A DNA stretch of 64,000 nucleotides from Naegleria gruberi (Eukaryota), in NCBI GenBank assembly GCA_000004985.1, contig GG738917.1. One strand, given 5' to 3'. The notes below the pieces were generated by a model that worked only from the letters and a program-made list of their open reading frames with translations, was not told where the DNA came from and made no database searches. The position numbers and the translations under genes were made by a program. Shown one piece after another: positions 33,786 through 46,300 of the stretch (positions are counted from its first letter, which is position 1; each line of letters starts with the position of its first letter).

Positions 33786-34476
33786 GTAACACAACCTCCG
33801 AACAAGATTATCACAACTCAATGGTGTTTTCATTTTTTTTTGAATTTTCTTCCGCCTTGTTTTTACAACTGTAAAATAAGGCGCCAGAATAAGGCTCTCA
33901 AGTCTACGTGTCACAAATCCCCACCTTAATAAACACTTTCTCTTCCAACACCACACAAATCATCATCTCTTTCTCAATAGCAAATTCCATACTTCTTTTA
34001 AGGTTCAACCAATTGATTCAATATCTTCCTCTCATCCTTGTGACCAAATTTTGATAATAAATGTGTTGCTGATGATGAAAAAATTATTTATTGAAAAAAA
34101 CAGCCACCTTCTTCTTCATCCTCTCAACATTTGGACTGTCACACAAGGCTTGCACGACCGATACACACCATACTGTCGATACAACACACAAATTTAGGAA
34201 GACTTTTTTCATCACAACCAAAACGAACAGGATTCACTCTCTCCAGCGCAATAATAGTTACTTTGTGTGGAGAATATATATTTCATTGAACAGTAAGTAG
34301 ATGAATGTGACAAGAAGTTTTCACACACACACTTGCTCCATAAATGATGACCACTATTATACACACTACTATATACATCATCTCTCTTTATCAAATTGGA
34401 ATGAATATTATCAATACAATGTGTATGCGTGACAAATTATTAATTGTGACACAATTTACAGCAACAACTTTTAATC

Positions 34477-35841
34477 ATGACAACAACAATGAATGATGAA
34501 ACAACAAGCAAAATATTGATGTCATCAAACACAATAACAGCAGCTCCACTCATAATAGATGCCAATCCACATGATCCTAATCTTGTTTTTGGTACTAATA
34601 ATTTCACAATTCGTAAACCATTTCCATACAAGAACGCACAAGGTGACATATTTTGTATTGTTTGTTGCTTGCAAAAGGGTGAATTAGTTTTTCAACCAAA
34701 AGCTAATTTCAAGGTATGTGTATTTAATGGAATATTAATGTGTGTGTGACAATTTGAATATTATATTTGGTTCAATATTGTTGCAGATTTTCAGAGAAAG
34801 AGGAGCAGTGATAGGAGAGAATTCTGATAGGTCTGCTTTAGTGGAAAAGTTATTTGGTTTTAAGAATGTTTGTGGAGGTAGATTGTGTGACTCTCACTAT
34901 CGATACAGTAAGTAATACACATTGTGAAAATCAATCTTAATATGAGCTACTCTCTTGATTTAATTACACACAAATTCAACTCTATTTTCACACCAATTTC
35001 ACACAATGCCCTACTCGACCTCTCTGGTTAATAACAAATATTCGCATGGACAATCCAACTTGGAAAACCATGGTTTGGAAATACAGTCATGAAATTCAAA
35101 AACAAATCTGCATCCAATAATGACTCACCAACCAGCAACTCAATAGATGGAGAACCAACAACAAAACGAAAGAAGAGGAAAACAGATCTCAAGACCATCT
35201 CATCATCAACAGATATTGACTCTCTTGGTAACTCTGCATTGGGAGGGATAGCAAGTGTGACCAGAAAGAAAAAGAAGGAACAACAACAGCAACAACACTA
35301 TTCCGAATTGAATGATTCCTCAACCACTGTAGATATTGCCATCAATAATGTGAATAATAACATACCCAGCAGCAATTATGGTATGAATAATAATGAAACA
35401 AACGAGAGGGAAATTGATGAACAATCAATTAATTCATCATCTTATCAAGTCATTGTGAGTGAACCAAATTCAACACAACCAATGATGAATAATTTGCATC
35501 ACACAACTTATTCCAGCACCAGCACTACCAACAATAATCATCTGTACAGAAGTAGGGATGAAATTGCACGTGAGGAAAGATATGCCACCAAGAGAAGATT
35601 TAATTTTCTTGTTCGGTTAGTAGAGGAAATGGTTGATGAAGAAGAAATTCACTATCACTATCAACTCTATTTGAGACAACAAGAAGAACTCAAGAGAAAT
35701 CCATCACTACGTTTTAATTCTACAACAACAACTACTATGCAAGGTGTAGAATATTTAGAGGAAGATGAAGATGAATCATCACTGTCATCTTCATCAAATA
35801 ATCAAGAGGAAGATCAAATCATTACAAACGAGTACCGATAA
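34477..35841 (+). CDS. hypothetical protein, 3 exons (34477..34713, 34787..34907, 35087..35841) with N/S/T-rich low-complexity body
   Basis: Exons joined in phase via GTATGT and GTAAGT donors. Small Cys-containing N-terminal region (FCIVCC ... CGGRLC) of unknown family. Confidence 0.4.
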
Positions 35842-35969
35842 AACAGTTTTGAATTAACTAATAATTATATATGAAAGGGAACAATAAATCAAAGGTTCCA
35901 TCACATTATTAGAGGGCAATTGTCAATGCCACAACTCAACCATCAACAAATCAAAAAAAATATTTGCTA

Positions 35970-37041
35970 ATGAAGAAACTAAAGAATACATTTCGCTCTT
36001 CTTCAGTTGATCCACTTGATCTTGTAGAAGCAAATGATGCTTCCATGATGTGTAAGTTATTCTCCAAGATTTTCAATGTTAAATATTTAAAACATTGTAA
36101 ACTGTGATGATAATAATTTACAACAACAATTAATCATAATTTAACATATTTAAATAGGTATGACATTGGATGAAGTAAAAGGAGAATTGGAAAAGTTGAT
36201 TGTTTCCATGCATGTTGAAACTAAATCTGATAGTAAAAACTCAGAGGAAGAAGGAGATGATATCAGTTTTAATTATGATGTGATTGGTAAGGACGTTCCT
36301 AGATTGGTTGGAAAGACCTATGTGAATGGTGTGAAAATGTCAAATGTTCCACATTTTATTGTTTCACTTATTGATTTAATTTTAAATAGAGGAATTCCAA
36401 CTGAATTACAACAACCAGGTGATAACTGTGCTGTTGATGTTCATGAATATTATAATAATTTATATGCTCAATTGAGTTCAGTGATGAAACAAAATAATAT
36501 TGTAGAGGATAGTGTTTCATTGACAAGTTATTTAAAGTCACTCTTCATGGTCCACAATCCAGTCTTTCAACTTTTGAGATCATATAATCAAAATGCTATT
36601 TCTCAACCTGTTACATATTACAAATTAATTTTACAAACAGTTCACAAACTTCAATTCCAAGATAAGGATTGGAATGTTTACTGGGACATTACAGATCATG
36701 ACATGTATGGTAAAAAGAGAACTATTTCAGTTACACACGTAAGATCTGAAAAATACCTCTCAGATAGACAAATTAAATTTAGTTTTTCATGGAGTATTAA
36801 ATTCGAATATGAACAAGTTGTTAAGAGTATTGAGGAGTATAATAGAAGTCCAGTTTCAAACTTGGAATTAATTGCCCAAAAGGATTACACTCCAGCTCGT
36901 TTAACTCAAGTCACCATGAGCTTTAATAATCTTGATGAATTCTATGAAAATGTTCCATGTGAAAATGCTTCCTTCTCCTCAAAGGAAAGTACCATTGCCT
37001 TCTTGGAATACATTTTCGAGAGCACTTCTATCAAGTTTTAA
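35970..37041 (+). CDS. hypothetical protein, 2 exons (35970..36051, 36158..37041)
   Basis: A short first exon is joined to the 293-aa ORF by a GTAAGT ... AAATAG intron in phase 1. No recognised domain. Confidence 0.4.
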
Positions 37042-37126
37042 ATGTATCATAGAAAAACTTTTGATAAACAAAGGTTTATTTACAATATTTACAAATGTTA
37101 TTGGATTTGATAATGAAATGAAGTAT

Positions 37127-37738
37127 TTAAATGATTGGTGGATTTTCGTAAATTTGGACACTATCATTATTGGCTTGAATCTTTTGTTGAATCAATGGAG
37201 GTGGTGGTTGAATGGAAATTGAATGTTGAATGGGGATAACTTCTGCAAGATGTGTTGCATCATTATTGTGGCAATCTGCTTGCTTACAATCTTGCAGATC
37301 AAAAGCTAAACTAATTTTATCTACTACAGCAATCAATTCTCTAATTTGAACTTGAAATTTAGTAAGATATTTAAAGCTAATGGTTGAAATGACATCCGTC
37401 ATTCTATCGTAAAAGTGTTGTGATCTGAAACTTCTAATAAATATTTCAAGAATTCGTTGATTGCTTGCGGCAGTGAATAGTCCTTGCAATACTTTAACAA
37501 TAATCTTGAGGAGTTTTGGTTTTTTCTTGCCTTTGCACTCTGCGATCAATCTAATAAATTGTTGTCTAAGACTTTCTGTGTACTCTAAATTGTCTTTGTG
37601 ATCGAAGAATGTTCTAATGTACCTGCATATTCTGTTCACTTCCAAATTGTAGCTTTTCTTCTCGATTGCTCTTTTCATGTGTTTGTTCAACTTTCCGACC
37701 AGTCTTCTAAATTCTTCTGAGGTTCCTTGCTGCTTCAT
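37127..37738 (-). CDS. hypothetical basic protein (about 203 aa)
   Basis: Minus-strand ORF. Start set at the Met of MKQQGTSEEF. No recognised domain. Confidence 0.4.
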   Translation of the reverse strand: MKQQGTSEEFRRLVGKLNKHMKRAIEKKSYNLEVNRICRYIRTFFDHKDNLEYTESLRQQFIRLIAECKGKKKPKLLKIIVKVLQGLFTAASNQRILEIFIRSFRSQHFYDRMTDVISTISFKYLTKFQVQIRELIAVVDKISLAFDLQDCKQADCHNNDATHLAEVIPIQHSISIQPPPPLIQQKIQANNDSVQIYENPPII

Positions 37739-37981
37739 TTTTTCAGGCTTGGAAAATGCTGCTGATGATGATAAATATAAAATTGTCTCCTTGCCAACAA
37801 CAATAAAATTTGTTTTGAATAAAATGATAAATATATTCACTTACCCTTATTTGTGTGATAGTAGAAACAATGTAACGATATATAATTTCTAAACAATTAC
37901 AATTGGGTATTGGCTGACATCAAGCTATTTAATCTTGTTGATTACTAATATTAATAATTTAAAATATATTAAATTAAAAAA

Positions 37982-40222
37982 ATGTCTTTAAACGTGGACT
38001 CACAAACAGCATCACGTGTTTCGCAATTGTATGAAGATTTAAAAACCATTCCTACTTTATCAGGTGGTTTAATTCTTCCATCGTCTTGTATTGAAATTAA
38101 TTGTACAGTCTCCGATCATCAGAATGATAAGAATATTAGTCTTTCTAAACAATATCAATTAGTAAATGATCATCAAGTTGTTGGATCTCCATATCCATCA
38201 ATTACTCCTGCTGATATTCATTTAGTTTCTACTTCTCCAAGTGGAAAGAGAAGGGCTGTTTTTAAATGTATTGCTTCTGATGGTAAACCAAATGCAAATA
38301 CAGCAGCTTTAGATTATCAAATTGAAATTTATTCTAATCAAGTTTTGCAATTGAGAATTTTGGTGAAGGATATTCATGGAAAGGTATTTACTGATGAAAC
38401 TTTTGGAAGAGTTTCTTGGTCTTCATGTGAAAACAAGTTACTCTACGTTGCTGAAATGAAACAAGAACTTGTAAAGCCATATTGGGAAAAATATAGTAGA
38501 ACTAACGACAAGCTACCTGAAAATGATAATCCATATCAATATAAGTATGATTATGAAGCTAAAGAGGATTGGGGAGAGCAAATTTTATTGAAAACTCCAC
38601 ATATTTATGAATTGGATATTTTGGTAAAGAAGGTAACTCATATTGACTTGATTCCTGCTACTGACAGTGCTGGTTCTCCACACTATCTTCCAGGATCAAC
38701 TAATTTTGTTTATACTGCTTTTGAAAGACCTGTCAGAAAGTTAGGTATTAGATTTTGTGTTCAAAGAGATGCCAAATTATTTTACTGTGACAGAATTTCT
38801 GTAAAACAAATTGCCTCAGAATATAGAGGACCAAGAAGACCAGTCTTTTCTCCTTGTGGAACAAAGTTGGCCTTTTTAGCTATTGAAAATAGTGTAAATT
38901 ATCACAATTCCACTTCCAAGTTGGTAGTGGTAAATTGGACAACTGAAGGAGCTAAGGACTCTCAAGTTATTGTAGATATTGTAGATGAAGTTAAATGTAA
39001 TGATGAAATCGAGGCAATGAACACCTTCCCAGGATTGTATAATATTGATTTGCCTCTTTCATGTTGGAGCTCTGATTCCAGATATATTGTTATGAATTCC
39101 ACTTGGAGAAGTGTCCAATCTATTGTTGTAATTGATACTCAAAAGACATCCAACAATGTTAGAAGACTCTTCAACAGTAACACTTATGAATCCTATGTGC
39201 TACTTTCTCATGAACCACAATCAAAGAAAGTACTCTACTACAAGACAACTCCAACTATGCCATATCAAATTTATGTTGGTAAATTGGATTATGATTCATT
39301 AGAAGTATCAAATATTACATTGATAGAAGATGCTCTCTCACTCATCAATACAGAGCTCAATGATAGTGGTATTAAGGAAAAACTTGAATCAATTTCTTGG
39401 AAGGTATTGCATATTCCAATAGAAAAGGGATCCAAGGTTTACATGGACTGTATCTTGTATATTCCAAAAGGTCCAAAGTCATTCGTAAATGGTTCTGGTA
39501 GTGATAAGCACAGCCTTTTATTAATCCCTCACGGTGGTCCGCATGGCTCTTGCTCAACCATCTTTGCTGCAAGATTTATTTATTTTGCTCTTTGTGGTTA
39601 TGCTGTTTTGCTTTTGAATTATAGAGGTAGTGTTGGATTTTCTCAAAGTTTTGCTGGATGTCTTCCTGGAAATATTGGTGATATGGATGTTAAAGATTGC
39701 TACAATAGTTATAGATATATTTTGGATGAGAATGTTATTCCAGTTGATGAGAATAGTGTATCTGTGTACGGAGGATCTCATGGTGGTTTCCTTTCAGGAC
39801 ATTTAGTTGGCCAATATCCATCTCAATTTAAAGCTGGCATTTTACTTAATCCTGTTATCAATCTTGCAACAATTTTCAGTGAATCTGATATCCCAGATTG
39901 GTGTTATAATGAATCTTTAGGAAATGATTACTATGATGAAGCTTGTGTCACAAAAGAAATGCTTACTCAAATGTATGATCGTTCTCCAATTGCACATGTA
40001 TCAAATGTTACTGCAGCAGTTTTATTACTTGTTGGTGAAGTGGACAGAAGAGTTCCAAAAGAACAACCAAGAGAATTCTATCATTCTCTCAGATTATTAG
40101 GAAAATGTAAAGAAGCACGCATGCTTGTTTATCCTGAGAATGATCACCCTATTGCTAAACCAAAGGATGATTTTGATTCGATGGTCAGCTCTGCTCTTTT
40201 CTTGTATAAACATTCTAATTAA
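37982..40222 (+). CDS. APEH: acylamino-acid-releasing enzyme / acylaminoacyl-peptidase (S9C prolyl-oligopeptidase family)
   Basis: 746-aa single exon. N-terminal beta-propeller region. C-terminal alpha/beta hydrolase with nucleophile GGSHGGF, plus Asp (VGEVDRRVP) and His (ENDHPI), forming the triad. Confidence 0.9.
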   Translation: MSLNVDSQTASRVSQLYEDLKTIPTLSGGLILPSSCIEINCTVSDHQNDKNISLSKQYQLVNDHQVVGSPYPSITPADIHLVSTSPSGKRRAVFKCIASDGKPNANTAALDYQIEIYSNQVLQLRILVKDIHGKVFTDETFGRVSWSSCENKLLYVAEMKQELVKPYWEKYSRTNDKLPENDNPYQYKYDYEAKEDWGEQILLKTPHIYELDILVKKVTHIDLIPATDSAGSPHYLPGSTNFVYTAFERPVRKLGIRFCVQRDAKLFYCDRISVKQIASEYRGPRRPVFSPCGTKLAFLAIENSVNYHNSTSKLVVVNWTTEGAKDSQVIVDIVDEVKCNDEIEAMNTFPGLYNIDLPLSCWSSDSRYIVMNSTWRSVQSIVVIDTQKTSNNVRRLFNSNTYESYVLLSHEPQSKKVLYYKTTPTMPYQIYVGKLDYDSLEVSNITLIEDALSLINTELNDSGIKEKLESISWKVLHIPIEKGSKVYMDCILYIPKGPKSFVNGSGSDKHSLLLIPHGGPHGSCSTIFAARFIYFALCGYAVLLLNYRGSVGFSQSFAGCLPGNIGDMDVKDCYNSYRYILDENVIPVDENSVSVYGGSHGGFLSGHLVGQYPSQFKAGILLNPVINLATIFSESDIPDWCYNESLGNDYYDEACVTKEMLTQMYDRSPIAHVSNVTAAVLLLVGEVDRRVPKEQPREFYHSLRLLGKCKEARMLVYPENDHPIAKPKDDFDSMVSSALFLYKHSN

Positions 40223-40262
40223 ACAATTTTTGATTCCAATTAAGCCATCAAATTTGATCTGG

Positions 40263-41087
40263 TTACAGCTTTGAGTATTTGCTTGCATTATTAAATAGAT
40301 CCCCCAAATGCTTTTTTCTATCTTGCAGTTTCTTATTCAAACTCTTCAAAAACTCATTCACTTGATCGAACAATTTATTCCACAATTCCACATTCTTGGA
40401 TATTTTGGAAATAAACTTCGTTTCTTTTCTTCTGATTATTATTCCTTTTGAATATTTAGATTTCTTAAGCAATATCAAGCAAATTAATAAATGTTCTATT
40501 ATTTCTTTTAGTTCCATTAAATTTTCTTGTTTTATGTATGTTTCGATATGTTGGGAGAAATTGGATTTTAATATCTCAAATAATCTTTGATTTTCTGACT
40601 TATCCAAAAACAAATATCCTCCCAAGTTGACTTGTTTCGTTTCGAAATGAAGCTCCAAGAATGTAGATGCTGGTTGATTTATCATTTTTGAAAGTAAATT
40701 GATATTATCTGATTTTAGATAATTCATTCCAACTGTGAATGGGAATTCATCATCCAATTCAAAATTATTAGACATTTTCCCACCCCCTTCCAAAAACAGA
40801 ATATTAATATTATCAAAACTAATTCTACTTTCTTTCAATTGTTGATTTATGTATTTCTCCAATATCTTTTCATTACTAAAATTCATATAAATAAATAAAT
40901 GCTTAAAACTATCATTTCTTCCGATACTATTCACATCTAAAGCTGTAGGTTCGGAATTGTATCCAATAACATATTCCAACCTTGGTTCGTAATGAGAAAT
41001 TAATTGACAAATTCTTGTTTGATTCCTCGCAAATTCCAATCCAACCACATGTGGTTGTATGATTATAAATTTGGAATTTGGGAACAT
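40263..41087 (-). CDS. hypothetical protein (274 aa)
   Basis: Uninterrupted ORF. No family recognised. Confidence 0.4.
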   Translation of the reverse strand: MFPNSKFIIIQPHVVGLEFARNQTRICQLISHYEPRLEYVIGYNSEPTALDVNSIGRNDSFKHLFIYMNFSNEKILEKYINQQLKESRISFDNINILFLEGGGKMSNNFELDDEFPFTVGMNYLKSDNINLLSKMINQPASTFLELHFETKQVNLGGYLFLDKSENQRLFEILKSNFSQHIETYIKQENLMELKEIIEHLLICLILLKKSKYSKGIIIRRKETKFISKISKNVELWNKLFDQVNEFLKSLNKKLQDRKKHLGDLFNNASKYSKL

Positions 41088-41285
41088 TGAGTGATGATTA
41101 TTTTTTTTTCATTTTTTTTTAATTAAATTAATTTTAATATTTCAAATAGGTATTAGATCTGATAATTATTTGAACGAGTATTTAAATTGAGAAATTTCTT
41201 ATATTGCTCATCATCACAATATTGCCTTACTGTTTTGGAAGTATAATTTTGGCGCCAACTTGCCTACAAATTTGCATTAAAAAAA

Positions 41286-43070
41286 ATGAGAGCAGTTGTG
41301 AGGTTATGCCCTCATCATACTTATCCGACCAATAATAATAATAATATTAATAATTCATTGAAGACCGGAAGGGAAACATCAGAGGTTCCCTCACCAAACT
41401 ATTATTATGAAGCAACGGATTTGGAACATTTTACAGTGTATGAAAATAATGTTAGGGAAAATGGAAAAACCTTCGAATGTAAACATATTTATGATAGCAG
41501 TGCAACACAATTTGATATTTTTGCTAATGAAGTAGTTCCGTTGATTGAGAAATGCTTTCAGGCTCAGGATTGTGCTGTTCTTTATTTCGGAAGTGATTTT
41601 GCTGGAAAACGATTTTCACTAGAAGGATTACCTGAATATCCAGGATTTTTCTATAGAACTATTGAGCTTTTATTTGACACAATAGGTAGGATTAATAATC
41701 TATTTCTGTTAACTTATCATTTAACCAGCTGGTGAGGATCCTTCAAACAAATGTAGACTATTTTACTCTTCCTTCACTATTGAGAAGGAAACGATATTCG
41801 ACAACTTGCCTAGTGATTCCAGTTCTCAAATAAAATTGAGAGATGATAAAAAGAAAGGAATAATAGCAGAGGGTGGAACCTTAATAGAACTGTACGATAT
41901 TCAACAAGCTCTTCAAGTTTATTATGAATCAACGTAAGTGGATTTTAGTTTCAAGTTACCAAATTTCTTAGATCAAAATTTTATAAATCCCTCTCCATGG
42001 GTCAGAATAAGCATTTAGTTATAAATATCAGGATTGATATTAGCAATGCTTGCAAATCTAATTTTACAAAAGGAGAATACGGCATTTTAAGCATGGTTTC
42101 AGTTGGGAGTCCTACAATTAAACCTCAATCTTCAGTGGAAAAGAACCAAGAAATGGAAGTAGCTAATTTTTGGGTTAACCACTTAGGTAGTTGCATGAAT
42201 TCATTACACAATTCTGTGAATCCCTCAATTCCATTTCACAAATCAAAATTTACTCTTCTTCTTAGAGATTTTCTAATGAGAAACAAGGACAGCACTTCAT
42301 TGTTCAATCTTAGCCCTCTTCATGAAAGTTACAAGTTTGTTGTTCAAACTTTAACAATATGCAACAGAATATGTAAGACAACGCCAGCTAGTGTTGAAAC
42401 GAAAAAGACAATAACCAAGAGCTCTGCTAAAACAAGTTCAGCCACAGAAAGGAAAACCACTAATTCAGATCTAGAAAAGAAAACTCAAGAAGTTGACGCC
42501 TTAACAAGAGAAAACAGAGAACTTTCTGATAAGATGAAGGCAATAGAGGACCAATTAAGGAAGATCCAAGAAAAACAAGAAAAGCAAACGATTCAAATTA
42601 ATGCTCTATCGCCAACAAAACCAAAAGACGATGATGGATTACGGGTTTCAAAAAAGATGGCCAGACCTTCTTCTTCCAAATCGATACTGAATACGAGTGC
42701 TAGCAGCGAACTAGACAGATACAGAGAGGTAATGGAAGGAACATTAACAAAGTTAAAAAACCAAATTAAATCATTGGAGATTGAGAACTCTGAGGTAAAG
42801 AAAGAAATGACTAAACGTGAGAATACATACAAGAAGAAAATCTCAGAGCTTGTAAATGATGTCAAAAGAGATAGTTATCAAAAGCAAATTCAAGAATTAC
42901 AAACTAGAGTTGAATCACTAACAAAAACTGTACACGAGCTGAAAGCACAAAAGAAAAACTTAACAGAAGGAGAAAAAATATACAGAACTCAGTTTGAAAA
43001 ATTATCAAAAGAAAACCAAGAACTAAAACAAAAACTAGGAATAGTCTCTCATTCAATTGCTTCTAGCTGA
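41286..43070 (+). CDS. kinesin-like protein with degenerate motor motifs plus C-terminal coiled coil, 3 exons (41286..41685, 41729..41933, 41972..43070)
   Basis: Motor-domain architecture is recognisable: FECKHIYDSSATQFDIFANEVVPLIEKCFQAQDCAVLYFGSDFAGKRFSLEG ... FFYRTIELLFDTI, then YDIQQA, then IPFHKSKFTLLLRDFL (an HIPYRDSKLTRLLQDSL-like motif). The P-loop is GSDFAGKR instead of GQTGSGKT, and the switch I/II motifs are not conserved. The C-terminal 200 aa are K/E-rich heptad coiled coil. Confidence 0.7.
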
Positions 43071-43332
43071 ATGAGGAAGAATATGAAGTCCACAGCCTAG
43101 ATGATGATAGTGAATTTATGAACGAGCCTAGTGAGCTACCTCCTGAAAAATCTGATCATGAAAGAAAGTTGGAAAGAGAAGTAATTTTACTGAAGGAGGC
43201 TCTGCAGTTTGCCCTCTCTCAAAAACAATCAAATCCAAACGCTTCACAACAGGGATCTGGATCAGTCAATCCTTTCAGGATTTCTAATGTTCAACCTCCT
43301 TTCTTGAAAAAAAAATAATTTAATAATTAAAA

Positions 43333-46300
43333 ATGATTAACGACAACAACCAGGAACCTCCATTAACACCTTCTCAAACGCAACATAGAAGAACACAATC
43401 GGAATTCATTCAAACTTCTCAATCATCTCCACCAGACAATATAATTAATCCATCTCCAATTTCTACTCCGATTCATTCTTCATCAACCATTGAATCCATA
43501 GAATCCGACAATAATTTCGTAACGCCAACAACTCTTATTAACAACCAAGAATCAAGTCAAAAGTCAACAACCCATCACGAAAGAAAATTTAAATCAAAAC
43601 ATTTTTCATTATTCGAATTAAATGGAAAGGAAGATAATAGTCACATCTACACACCTTCTTCATTGATATTTTATACTCCATCATCAAGAAAGAAATCACT
43701 TGTTGTTTCGAATAATAACAATCCAAATAATGATATTGATAATAATTTACTTTTAACACCCCGAGCTACAACAACTTCGACCGAAATGAGCTTGTCACCA
43801 ACACCCAAAATGAGAACAAGCTCACTTTTTGTAAAATCACCAAATACCAAAGAGAAATCACCTCATCAGCAAACATTGTCATTGGAAGAGTTTCCATTGC
43901 CAGATTTTTCAAGTTTGAGAAAATTTAATCATATTACTTTTGATCAATTTGAGATAAATCAAACAAATCAACAACAAACTAAACTAGAGAATGATACAGC
44001 GGGAGTAATTGAAGAAAGTGAACTTTTGATAGAGGATGGAAAGCCTTCAAGTGTGAGGAATGAGTTTTTTCAAAGCCCTTTGCCAAGCGTAAACGAACTA
44101 TTAACTCAAAATGTAGAGAAGAAGGAAAATACTGTAAATATTGGTCCTTATTCGATTTATACAGACACCGAGTATCCATTAAAATCTAATTCTAAAACCA
44201 TTGAAATGGTTTTCGGTAATATTACTAAGAATTTACCTGAGAATGAAAGTGGTATTACTGATAAATACTTTTATGATGGAATTAATACCATAACAAATGA
44301 GAAAGTGAATGTAATAAGTCAATTAGTTAGTGCAGAGTTTGTAGAAACATACAGAGAAAGATCGAAAAAGTTACTTTTAATAGATAATGTAACTGGAATA
44401 ATCAGATTTTTGGACGTTGCTGAAATCCAATTGAACAAAAATAATATTGAGTCTATCGATTTCAATACTGGAAACATTTCATCAGCTGGCTCAATATTCT
44501 ACATTTTCGTAGAGCCTTGTTTATTAATGTACAAAATTATTCAAAAGACTAAAATAGAGGAAAAGAAATTTTCTTACCCAATTTTATTAGAATGGTTGAG
44601 CCAATTATCTGATGGATTAGCAAATATTCATGAGCAACTTGAGACTGTGCATGGAAATATTGACGTGAACTCTATATTTTTCTCCAAACTTGAAGAAAGT
44701 ATGAAAATAGGAAACATGCTACTTATTACACCACAAATTCTTGCAAGTGCTGATCCAATGAAATCTCCAAGTATTGACAAACCAAGTGAGAGAATGTTTG
44801 AAGCCACTTCAAATAAGCCAATATATCACTCATTTACACCTCTAGACTTGGGAGGAGACAGGTATGGAGGTGTTTGTAGGTATGATTTTAAAACTGAAGT
44901 GTGGTTATTTGGCATCTTGATGATTACAATCATCACTATGAAAAATATGAATGTTATCACGCATAGCTTCTTAGACAATGACCAGTCTTTTGTTTCTTCT
45001 ATATTCCAGTTGATAAGTAAGCAATATAATGATAGATTTAGTGCACTTATTTGGAGATGTTGTCACTATGACCCAAGTTGCAGACCTAACATGAGAGAAT
45101 TATGTCAACAACTTGCTCTTTTAAAGAAATATAGAAGTATTTCTGGATCCACAACAACCAGTTCAACTTTCAATACCTCATTTTACGAAAATGATGTTAA
45201 TCAATATCAGAAAAGATTAGACGATATTCGTGTAAACATGGAATTGGGAAGTATTTTGAGCGATTTATATGAATGTGAGGATGGAGCAAGTGAAAAACAA
45301 TCTGGTAACAGATTACCAACAAGAAATAGTAACAGCTACGACATTTTACCACTATCAAGTATGGATGGCCCAGCTGTTCTTCCCTCTCTTATTTCAATAG
45401 GTAGAACAATTATGAGATACGTTAATAAGCACTACAAAATCAAAGACAAGAAAAAGAAGAAACTAAAATTAGCAACTATGAAAACAAAACTAATGAAAAT
45501 TGCACATATACAAGAAACAGAAGTTGATAACAGAAGATCTAGTAAAAAAACCTTGGAGGAAGAGTTGAAATTGAGAAACCACACCAGAGTCTTTGAACAT
45601 CAAGAAGAGGTAGATCTCAAAATACTCCAAGCTAAAATTGCCAATCAATACTCAATAATTTCAGTAATTGGGAGTGGTAGTCAGGGAACTGTCATCAAAG
45701 CATTCGATAGCCAAAATAATAGATTTGTAGCAATCAAACGTATTAGAATGAAGGATAATAATGATACCATGTTGGCCTCCAAAGAAATTTCAGCCATGTT
45801 CTCACTCAATGACAATGATAACATTTGTAAAATTTACAACTGGTTTATTTATTGTGAGAATAGAGAAGATAAGAAAATAATTACCTCAGAAAATCTTTCA
45901 GATAGTGAGGATGAGCATGATTTTGATGAGGAAGATGACGAGGAGGATGAGTACGATTTCAAGGATTATGCTAACGAGACTTGGTACATTGGAATTGTAA
46001 TGGAATATTGTTCTGAAGGAGATTTGAGAAAAGCCATGAGATACTGTAGAGAATGCAATACTTACTTTAAAAATTCAACAGTTAAAAAGTGGCTCAATGA
46101 GTTGATTTGTGCAACAGATTATATTCATAGAAGAAATTTAATGCACAGGGATATTTCTACAAAGAATATTTTCCTTCATAGCAACACTGAATTACAACCA
46201 TCTAGCACATTAATTGGAACACCTCCATCATATTTTGACGCTTGTCATGTAAAAATTGGAGATATGGGACTTTCCATAAAGTTAGAAGAACTCAATAGAA

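Noticed and set aside
43118-43318. 66-aa ORF between the kinesin-like gene and the SAM kinase
   Set aside because: No domain and no splice that joins it in phase to either neighbour. It is most likely a UTR.
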